Assembly (NCBI GenBank): GCA_048013815.1
Contig: CM106585.1
Coordinates: forward strand, 11,222,001-11,286,000
Reading direction: 5' to 3'
Length of the DNA stretch: 64,000 nt
Origin: Setoptus koraiensis
Lineage: Eukaryota; Animalia; Arthropoda
Shown: positions 1-8,602 of the stretch, piece after piece
How the letters are laid out: each line of letters starts with the position of its first letter
Position numbering within the stretch: position 1 is the stretch's first letter
The notes under the pieces: model-generated
Told to the model about the DNA's origin: nothing
Databases searched by the model: none
Seen by the model: the letters and a program-made list of their open reading frames with translations, nothing else
Made by a program: the position numbers and the translations under genes

Positions 1-740
1 AGCATGATATAATGAAATAAATAAATGATGCACGTACAAAAATGATGTAAAACTCTATCATAGCGAGGAAAACATTGAAGCGCCGCCCTGGCGGATTTTT
101 CTGAAATTAAGTGTAAGTAAAACGGTTTTTCACTAGAGAAACAGCATATTCGTTGGAGACGCGTGCTCAAACCCGTGAGGGCGGTTCCAACTAAAAGACC
201 AAGAAAGTGCCGGTGTTGTCGTTGGTTAGCAAACCTACCATGCATCATTAGAGGGCCTTCGATAGCTTCTTGATCCTTAATTAATGAGAGTTAGGCCTAC
301 TGGTATACAAATGACAGTTGGTCGAGGAGCGACAAATCCCGCCGACGGTTAATTTAGTGTCACCTGCCTCGCACCGATGTCCCATTGAACCAGATCTGGC
401 AACAGCGCAAAATTCAAATCGAATTTGATTTTTTTGAATTTTGCGCTATGTCCGAGAAGTGTCCGCGCGAGACCAAATTTATATGACAACAACAAGTTTG
501 TCTCACAATCGCTCTCATCAGCTTACGTTGTTACATAATTTTGTGCATATGTGAGACATAAATCAATTGTAATTAGAGAATAAGATGCCCGAATGGCTTC
601 CTTTCAACAAGGATAGACCTCACTGTCCAGCTTGCACTTGTCGCCCGTAGAGTCTTTTGGAAATCAATAGTGATTTATTCATGAAACAACTCGCAATTGA
701 TACTCTCAATAGACGATAGGGGGTGCTAGCAAGCTGCGCG

Positions 741-1240
741 NNNNNNNNNNNNNNNNNNNNNNNNNNNNNNNNNNNNNNNNNNNNNNNNNNNNNNNNNNNN
801 NNNNNNNNNNNNNNNNNNNNNNNNNNNNNNNNNNNNNNNNNNNNNNNNNNNNNNNNNNNNNNNNNNNNNNNNNNNNNNNNNNNNNNNNNNNNNNNNNNNN
901 NNNNNNNNNNNNNNNNNNNNNNNNNNNNNNNNNNNNNNNNNNNNNNNNNNNNNNNNNNNNNNNNNNNNNNNNNNNNNNNNNNNNNNNNNNNNNNNNNNNN
1001 NNNNNNNNNNNNNNNNNNNNNNNNNNNNNNNNNNNNNNNNNNNNNNNNNNNNNNNNNNNNNNNNNNNNNNNNNNNNNNNNNNNNNNNNNNNNNNNNNNNN
1101 NNNNNNNNNNNNNNNNNNNNNNNNNNNNNNNNNNNNNNNNNNNNNNNNNNNNNNNNNNNNNNNNNNNNNNNNNNNNNNNNNNNNNNNNNNNNNNNNNNNN
1201 NNNNNNNNNNNNNNNNNNNNNNNNNNNNNNNNNNNNNNNN
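741..1240. other. Assembly gap (500 N)
   Basis: Run of N from 741 to 1240. ORFs 620..1402 and 723..1358 span it and are artefacts. Confidence 0.99.
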
Positions 1241-1647
1241 CTCCGTCGTCGCTCCCGCGACGACTGCGTGCGACGGGAACCCTTCGGGTAGGTTTGATGA
1301 GCGCTTCGGGTATCGGGCTGCGCCCTCTACCCTCCGCTCACATGACTGCAAACCATAGACGAGAGTAAGAGACAAGAAGAAAAGTTGAAAGCCTCGGAAC
1401 ATGATTCAAGCGCTTCGACGACTTGTGTGGCGACATGTCTGAGCCTCTTGGCGCACGTATTTTCTCGTGCGCGCGAATATTTCGTCCCGGGCGGAATACC
1501 CGCGCGGTTTTTCCTGAATATCTCTGGAACCGGAAGTCGCACAGGCATGAAATGGACTACATTGTACTGAGAATGACTGTAGTCTGCTGCATACCAAGTT
1601 TCATGTCTCTAGCTCGAAGTTGAAGCTAAAACCGGAAGGAGTAATTT

Positions 1648-2097
1648 CTACACTTCCGGTCTAGAAGAATCGTCATCAGGGGCCTCTAGAGTACCCACAT
1701 GGTGAGTTTCGTGGTGATCTGATGGGTGCCCACTTCGCAAGAACACCCCAAGTATCTCTGAACAGTTGGGTAGAATGTTGAACTTAAGCATTTTCTTCAA
1801 GTTCGAGTCTTTGTCCTCAAATAATAGTTCGATTTGTTGTTTGATAAGTGTACCTTCGCCGCCGTTGAATGGTGTTGCTACAATAAGACAAGGTTCTCTG
1901 GGTTTGTTGGTGTTCTGTAGTATGTGGCCGAATTCGGGCAAGAGTGTGAGGTGTGCAGCGCAATCGTTTATAATACTCGCTTCACGGTTTCCTATGTTGC
2001 ACCTTGTAATAATAAACCTAGATCCATTTATACTTGCCACGTTGTAATTGGACGACCTGAGCTCCGGTCTTACTGAGGGCGTCCTTGGAAGTTTAAA
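1648..2097 (-). CDS. Retropepsin-like protease domain reached by -1 frameshift from gag; catalytic motif degenerate (DCAA)
   Basis: Lies in the -1 frame relative to gag. IINDCAAHLTLL aligns by eye with the retropepsin consensus hhDTGAxxShh, and EILG with the second ILG motif. The C-terminal tail after about 1745 is not protease-like. Confidence 0.65.
   Translation of the reverse strand, partial: FKLPRTPSVRPELRSSNYNVASINGSRFIITRCNIGNREASIINDCAAHLTLLPEFGHILQNTNKPREPCLIVATPFNGGEGTLIKQQIELLFEDKDSNLKKMLKFNILPNCSEILGVFLRSGHPSDHHETHHVGTLEAPDDDSSRPEV
2056..2097 (-). promoter_or_regulatory. -1 programmed ribosomal frameshift signal: slippery T-TTA-AAC plus downstream stem
   Basis: Minus strand reads CAT TTA AAC (X XXY YYZ in the gag frame, 2097-2091), a 6-nt spacer TTCCAA, then GGACG...CGTCC closing a GC-rich stem. 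The shift joins gag to the protease ORF (FKLPRTPS...). Confidence 0.85.
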
Positions 2098-3266
2098 TGA
2101 CAGTTTCTGGCGTAATGTCTGCCACCGCATTTGAAGCAGCCTGAGAAACCTGTCTGACCATTGTTCGGTTGACCGCTGTTGATGATTTGTTGTCTCGGAT
2201 CGTTTCCTAAATCTTGCCTGTCGCCATTCGCGTAAGAGGGCTGTTCTTCTTGGATTAGTGGATTTCTATATTGGAACTGTTGTTGGTTAGTAGTTTGAGC
2301 TTGTTGTGAGCTGTACTGTCGGTTAGAATTGAAGGCAGGTCCTGGTGCATATTGTTGGTAGGCTCTGTTATAAATAGGCATACGTCGGTTATTAGGATAG
2401 CTGTTTTGAAAGCGTTGTTGTTGAAAATATGGTCGTGCTGTTGGCTGCTGGTGTTGTTCGAATTGGGGTTGTTGGCGTTGATAGCTTGGATTATAGAATT
2501 GGTTGCGTTGTTGTTGGTGGTGTAAAGCTGCTACTGGTTCCTCTTCAATTGGTTGTTGCTGAGTATTATCTTTAATTAGGCCTTCGATAAATGGTTTCAA
2601 TTTGTCGATGAGCATGTTAGCAATTTCGTCGTTGTTCTGAATAGCGTTTATTGAAGCGGTTCTAGGTGCCAAACTGAATACTTGGTCGTCGTAGTTCTGA
2701 ATTTTCTTGATGTAATCTTCTATCTTGGTTACTGTTTTAGTAGATGTGAACTTGTTGATGTCGGCTTGTATATCACGAGGAAGGCTTCTGTGTACTTCTT
2801 TTACCAGGTGGTCACTATGCGAATTCGGGTACGCTTTCTGGAAGTGATATACGAATTGTTCTACATAGTTTGCGACGCTCCTTGATGATGGGTCGAATTT
2901 CATTCCTCGTATTTTGTCCAGATGATAATTTGTTTGGTCGGATCCTCCAAATCTATCTATAAGCGCTGTTTTGACCTCTGTCCATGTTTTACCATCTATT
3001 TTCGGTAGTATTGATAATTTGAACCATGTTTTTGCGCTCCCATTGAGAAACTTCTGAAGTACCGTCAGTTTTTGTTTGTCATCCAATTGCGATGTGTTTT
3101 CTTCAAATTTTTCGATGAACGAGAATATACCTTCTTTGTCGTCGCCGCTATATGGTTGAATTGCAATTTGATGTATCAGAGAATGATTGCTGGCCAATGA
3201 GGCTGATGTGATTGCTTGAGTTAGTGTCTGGAGAAATTCTGGTGTTATCTTCTGTTCTTCTGCCAT
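2070..3266 (-). CDS. gag: Retrotransposon Gag (398 aa from ATG 3266): capsid-like domain, Q/N-rich linker, C-terminal Zn knuckle
   Basis: Ty3/gypsy Gag-like segments (PYSGDDKEGIFSFIEKFE; FLNGSAKTWF; TWTEVKTALIDRF; SVANYVEQF) and the knuckle CFKCGGRHYARNC (CX2CX3HX4C). The ORF is uninterrupted. Confidence 0.9.
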   Translation of the reverse strand: MAEEQKITPEFLQTLTQAITSASLASNHSLIHQIAIQPYSGDDKEGIFSFIEKFEENTSQLDDKQKLTVLQKFLNGSAKTWFKLSILPKIDGKTWTEVKTALIDRFGGSDQTNYHLDKIRGMKFDPSSRSVANYVEQFVYHFQKAYPNSHSDHLVKEVHRSLPRDIQADINKFTSTKTVTKIEDYIKKIQNYDDQVFSLAPRTASINAIQNNDEIANMLIDKLKPFIEGLIKDNTQQQPIEEEPVAALHHQQQRNQFYNPSYQRQQPQFEQHQQPTARPYFQQQRFQNSYPNNRRMPIYNRAYQQYAPGPAFNSNRQYSSQQAQTTNQQQFQYRNPLIQEEQPSYANGDRQDLGNDPRQQIINSGQPNNGQTGFSGCFKCGGRHYARNCHLNFQGRPQ

Positions 3267-3278
3267 GATTAACAATTA

Positions 3279-3432
3279 TAAGTTGACTCGTAGATTTCTT
3301 ATTATAATTTGCTGAATAAGTTGACTCGTAGATTTATTGTTATAATTTGCTGAATAAGTTGACTCGTAGATTTATTGTTATAATTTGCTGAATAAGTTGA
3401 CTCGTAGATTTATTATTATAATTTTCTGAATA
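3279..3432. repeat. 38-bp tandem repeat x4 in the retroelement leader
   Basis: The unit AGTTGACTCGTAGATTTATTGTTATAATTTGCTGAATA starts at 3281, 3319, 3357 and 3395 with few substitutions. Confidence 0.97.
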
Positions 3433-3552
3433 TTTGTTTAACTTCTTGACTTGTTGTGCTGCTATTATACTAACTATTATTATACTACTTAATACCGATA
3501 ATACTAACTATTATTATACTACTATTATTATACTAACTAACTAATTCTTCTC

Positions 3553-3570
3553 AACCACGCTCTGCTACCA
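3553..3570 (-). promoter_or_regulatory. Primer-binding site, complementary to the initiator tRNA-Met 3' end
   Basis: Minus strand TGGTAGCAGAGCGTGGTT. Animal tRNA-iMet ends in ...AACCNNNCTCTGCTACCA. The site lies 5 nt inside the putative LTR end. Confidence 0.85.
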
Positions 3571-3575
3571 TTTTA

Positions 3576-3858
3576 TGAGAACGAGGGACCAGACATGTGT
3601 ATACTTGTAATGCGAATACGCGAATGTGTTTATTTCAAATCTTGTGTACAAATATATATATGAGTGCGCATGCGGAGATGCGCATATGCAGTAGTTAGAA
3701 GTTTCTTTATTTAGCCGCTAGGGCACATGTGTTTTCCGTATTAGCCGCTAGAGGCGCTGTTGTTCCGGGTTCGGCCGCTAGGGGTGTGTGTTTCCTGATT
3801 CTGCCGCTAGGGGCGCTGATGTACCTGATTTGGTCGCTAGGGGCGTTGTTGTTCCGCA
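3576..3858 (-). repeat. Putative 5' LTR (~283 bp) with a 30-bp-period U3 repeat array
   Basis: TG...CA termini with an imperfect inverted end (TGAGAAC vs TGCGGAAC), abutting the PBS. Minus-strand AATAAA (tttatt 3629-3634) and a TATA-like tract near 3652-3662. Five GCCGCTAG(G/A)GGCG units. No second copy in the window to confirm the boundaries. Confidence 0.65.
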
Positions 3859-4933
3859 CATGTGATGCGTTTACGACTAAGTCGAGTGCTTAAGAGCCGG
3901 GCTGTCTGTAGACGTTGTGACTGCCGTACATCGCAGTGCAAGCACACACGAGACTGCTCTGATCCTATGTGCACATGACAGCGGTTATGGTGCAAAATGG
4001 GAATACAGCGTGTTGCAGTACTCGGCAACGCACCACACGCGCACTCCGTGAAGCGACCTATGAACAGATGATTCAGCGTTCAGTTCAATATTGGATCTAT
4101 CCATTGTTTCTTCTCTAGTTTTCTCTACAATCTGTGAGGATTACGGTAAAAATACACATTCATTTACACATTCATAACTCTCAAACTACTGTGTCGTGGC
4201 ACTCTTTTTTTTTGTATTATTTTTACACGAACGTCGTAAACACATTTTTCACGCAGGACAGAATTGCATTTAAAAATATACTTTGGAAGATCACAGATTC
4301 ACCGGATACACTGCACTAATCAATCAGATAAATGTCTCACTGATCAATGAGGACATTCTCCTTGTCTCGACGAAGCATCAACAAGACTAATTGCGCTTCA
4401 CTCACCACTACACAAATTAATCATTGTTATTGTGTGTATCGATCGGCCAACGTAGCATATTACACGCAATAAAAGCGCGTTTCGTCGTTTCGAGGGACCT
4501 CAATGCAACCAACATTAATCTACCACAATAATCTATTTAACATACGATTGCAACATATTGCAGGATACTTCATTGTTTGAATGCGCGAAAAAGTGAATCA
4601 TCGACCCACGTCTAGTTATGGTGTGATATATCAATGTTGAGCTTAAGCTGTATTTCTCTCGGTGTTGCATTTATTGTATCTAATAACGGCCAGGCTACAT
4701 GAAATCACACCTTCCTTGATCCATTTATTATGATCCTATGAGCAATAAAGAAGACAGACTAGCGCGTTAATAACCTAAAAGAATCAGTCACATTGGACCA
4801 AGGAATTTTAATTATATCACCCGGCATACAAATTTATAAAAAAAAAAATCTAAGAATAAGATATCATATTTAAGCATTGATTGATCAAAAATTTGTCTTC
4901 TACACTGCAATCAATAACAGCAACACTGTCTTC

Positions 4934-7404
4934 ATGATGGCCGACCAATCCATACAATACAAAAATATGTCAAGGTTGAGCAATGGAACAAATGGTAGTT
5001 TTGTAATGGAAACTCCGTCTTTCAAAAGGCAACGGAAAGATTATCGCAAACAAAAGAAGAAAGTTGTCAGCGAAATATTCAGTACGATAGAAGATATTAA
5101 TGATATCAAGTCAGGTTGGCTCAAAGTCAGGGTATCATTGAAACGTTGGACTAAATTATGGTTTATATTGAAACCCGGCTTCTTGCTAGCCTTCAACAGT
5201 GAGGATTTGTCTAAAAAAAATCAGATCGGAATCGTATCTCTCAAGATATGTCAAATAATTGAGAGGCCTACAAAAAAGGAAGGTTTCTGTTTCAAATTAT
5301 TTAGTCCTATTGGTAAGAACATTTGGTTGAAAAACTCTGCATTAAATCTGGTGCTTTCTCAAGCTAGTCTTATACTCAGAGCTTCGGACACAGACAGTGG
5401 CTTGGACTGGATGAATGCAATCAGAAAGTCAAATATATCTGCTGATCTAAACTCTAGTCAGTTGTTTAGGTCAAATTATGAACCAAGTGAAACTTCAGGC
5501 TTAACCTCAAACAACAACAACAACATTATGGGTCTTGATGATGTCACTGGTTTGGACGACTCGAGCGATGATGAATATGAAAATACTGGTCAGGTGGAAT
5601 TCACAACGTCATCAGTAAACAGTGAAGATAGTAGGCTTCAGGGCTTCGAAAGGAATACAAATGGATTCTCGGCTAATAGTAGTGTTATTCCCTCTCGACA
5701 ACTAACTGAATTGCAAACTAATTACATCACTGACGGCCAGGAAGAATTAGGAACTGTGGGAAAACAGACAGAAGTTGTAGGTGAAAGTAACGCAAAGTTC
5801 CTATGGCACATCTTAAAGCAAGTGAGACCAGGTATGGACTTGAGCAAAGTCACTCTGCCGACATTCATACTAGAGCCTAGATCATTCCTTGAGAAGCTCG
5901 CTGACTATTATTATCACAACGACATACTATCTGAAGCTGTTGCAATTGATGACCCCTTGTATCGCTTGATCAATATAGTCAAATGGTACTTATCTGGTTT
6001 TTATAAAAAGCCCATGGGCCTCAAAAAACCCTACAATCCAATCTTAGGGGAGAAGTTCAGATGTTATTGGGAACAACCCAAGACCTCTTCGAAAACTTTC
6101 TACATAGCTGAACAGGGTAAGACATCCAAATGTATATCACATCTTTCAATTAACTAGGTTATAGACAGAGAAGAGTTAAAAATCTATTCTTTTTTTCCTT
6201 TACAGTATCGCATCATCCTCCGATATCTGCATTTCACGTTACAAATAGAAAGGATGGCTTTTGTTTAACTAGTGCCCTATTAGCAAAGTCAAAGTTCTTT
6301 GGTAACTCCGTTTCAGCTCTCTTAGATGGTAAAGCTAAACTATATTTGATGAAACGCGATGAGACGTATACACTGACAATGCCTCACGCGCATTGTGGTG
6401 GTATAATCTTAGGCTCCCTTTGTCTAGAGCTAGGTGGAAAAGTCGAGATTAGCTGCCCTGATACAGCATGCAGGTGCGAGCTCGAATTTAAGTTGGCTAA
6501 TATGTTGTCTAGCGCTGATTATTATAATAGTATCACCGGTAAAATATATCAAGGCAGTAAGACAACTCACACTTTGGACGGTCATTGGGACAAAAAAATC
6601 TACATTGTAAACAAAGCTACAGAGGAGCGCAGCATTCTTTGGGAGGTTACAGATAAGACCAGAAGTAGCAGACTCAGACGGTTTGTTGTTCCTACCCAGC
6701 AGCAAAACGATAGAGAATCTGTCAGACTTTGGAGTAAAGTGAGTGAGGCTGTAAAGGCTGGTGATCATGTTACTGCAACTAAAGAAAAGTCTCTGTTAGA
6801 AGATGCTCAAAGGAAAGTAGCGAAAGAGCATGCAGATAACAATACTTCTTGGGATCCCGATCTATTTAAATATGATACTTTTACCAACGAATGGAGTTAC
6901 AAATATTTGGACAATAGAAAATGGGATGAAGCGGTTGACATTCATCAATTTGAGAAAAACTTCATGGTCAAGACATTGTCTCAAAGTAGAAGCAACGTAT
7001 ATGATCCTACTTTTGACGTTCTAGTCAATCAAATTAACCGTTATAAAAGTAGGCTTTCGGATATTGCATCGAACAAACCGGACAACAATAATATTTGCAG
7101 TTTGATGGATAATCAAGAGACAAGTCCTAAAAGTGATAACAATGTAAATAGTCTGGCTGATTCACAATTATTATTCCATGGAAACAGGCCAAGCTCCAAA
7201 GATGAAAGCCTTAGAGATATAAAGCAGGAGGTGAAAAACCTCAAAGATCAGTTACAATCTCTGTTAGCTCATCAAGGTGTATTGAAGAAGGAGCAGTCTT
7301 CCCCCAAATCGATACTCAACACACGTTATTTACTTCTGATCACAGTTTTAGTCTTATCCATTGTCATTTACCAGATGTTTGGCCCATTTTATACACTAAG
7401 TTAG
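4934..7404 (+). CDS. Oxysterol-binding protein-related protein, ORP5/ORP8 subfamily (PH + ORD + C-terminal TM), ~793 aa; join(4934..6116,6206..7404)
   Basis: PH domain (KSGWLKVR...WTKLWFILKPG), OSBP motifs (GMDLSKVTLPTFILEPRSFLEK; KKPYNPILGEKF). An 89-bp GT-AG intron (6117-6205) restores the EQVSHHPP signature. Hydrophobic tail anchor LLLITVLVLSIVIY. Start codon uncertain. Confidence 0.93.
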
Positions 7405-8299
7405 GAATCTGAAAACTATATTATTCAATACAAAATTTATTTTTGCCATTAGAGAGTTAGTTGGCAGTGATACCCTCTACATAGGAGGTATTCTCAGTAT
7501 GATGTTACATTTATATTTAGAAATACATTGATGACAAGATTGATCCATTCCGAAGAGCTCAGAAATGGCCTCAGCACACAAGAGGAAGGCTGATGGACAT
7601 TAAAAGTGACACGATCAAAAGTTTAATGAACACACACACAAAAGAAAAAAAGATGGAGCCAGTATACAATTCGGAGAATTGTTAAATCTATACTATTCAG
7701 ACCCAGAAAAAAACCTGTACAACAAGAATAGCGTAAATGAGTAGTAGTAAATAGAGACTAAAAACAGTTAGCGAATACCTTATAAACAATCTGCAGTTTG
7801 TAATTTGATCGGTGATAATATAAAAAATAATAGTTATAGTTATAATAATAATAATAATAAAAATAATGATACATGTAGTGGTAATATCGTGCAAATACAT
7901 GAATGTGGTATCTATGGGGCCCGAGTTGTTGGGTGACTTTTTTGGGGCGAAAATAGAACAATGTGTAGTTGCGGTTCTCGCCGCAAGAGAGAGCCATCAA
8001 CATATGATTCGTTGGGGTCCGCAAGCATAGCGCAGTGAATGTGAGTTGTTCAAGTTACGTAAGCGTTCGCGAACGACTTTCGTAGCCTAGGCCCTCTATT
8101 TGCAAATTTAAATTTATCATAACAAAATATCAGTGCAATTTCACTCTAACTCAAGATATAAAGATATAGAATTAAATTATTAATTATTAAACAGCAATTG
8201 CTAAACTGATAATAAAACAACAACAACAATAACAATAATAATATAATAATACTAATAATAGTATATTAGGCATATCGTAATAATAATATCGCTACTATT

Positions 8300-8602
8300 A
8301 TGACAATAAGTGTCAGCAAAGAGTCAATGGCCATGGAGGAATCTAATGATAAACAACCTAACGATGGCCATAACAACAACACCACTAACAATAGCAACAA
8401 CGACAATAACAACAGCAATAGTATCGCTGGTTTATCTGCTGGAAATAGTACCAATAGTTCAGATCAGGGCAGGCCCCCGCCGTCCCAGCAAGAGGTACAC
8501 ATGAGAGAGAAATTGTTTGATTTTATCGCTTTATTACAGAGTAGAAGGATGGACGATCAACGGGCCACCCTAAAACCGAAGAACAACAACAATAACACCT
8601 GA
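8300..8602 (+). CDS. Small N-rich protein with a single GoLoco/GPR motif (100 aa)
   Basis: EKLFDFIALLQSRRMDDQRATL (8507-8572) matches the GoLoco consensus ending in the DQR triad. The rest is low complexity. No GT donor lies between the motif and the stop. Confidence 0.75.
   Translation: MTISVSKESMAMEESNDKQPNDGHNNNTTNNSNNDNNNSNSIAGLSAGNSTNSSDQGRPPPSQQEVHMREKLFDFIALLQSRRMDDQRATLKPKNNNNNT

Larger units (their letters stand above)
1648..3858 (-). mobile_element. Ty3/gypsy-type LTR retrotransposon remnant (5' LTR, PBS, repeat-rich leader, gag, pro); pol and 3' LTR not visible
   Basis: On the minus strand, in order: LTR-like unit 3576-3858, PBS 3553-3570, leader repeats, gag ORF with capsid-like core and Zn knuckle, slippery heptamer, aspartic-protease-like ORF. 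No RT/RNaseH/IN ORF between 1647 and the gap at 1240. Confidence 0.85.

Noticed and set aside
40-106. Possible box C/D snoRNA (ATGATGT...CTGA)
   Set aside because: Box C is imperfect, there is no convincing terminal stem, and no rRNA-antisense element was recognised.
620-1402. ORFs 620..1402 and 723..1358
   Set aside because: They are open only because they cross the N gap.
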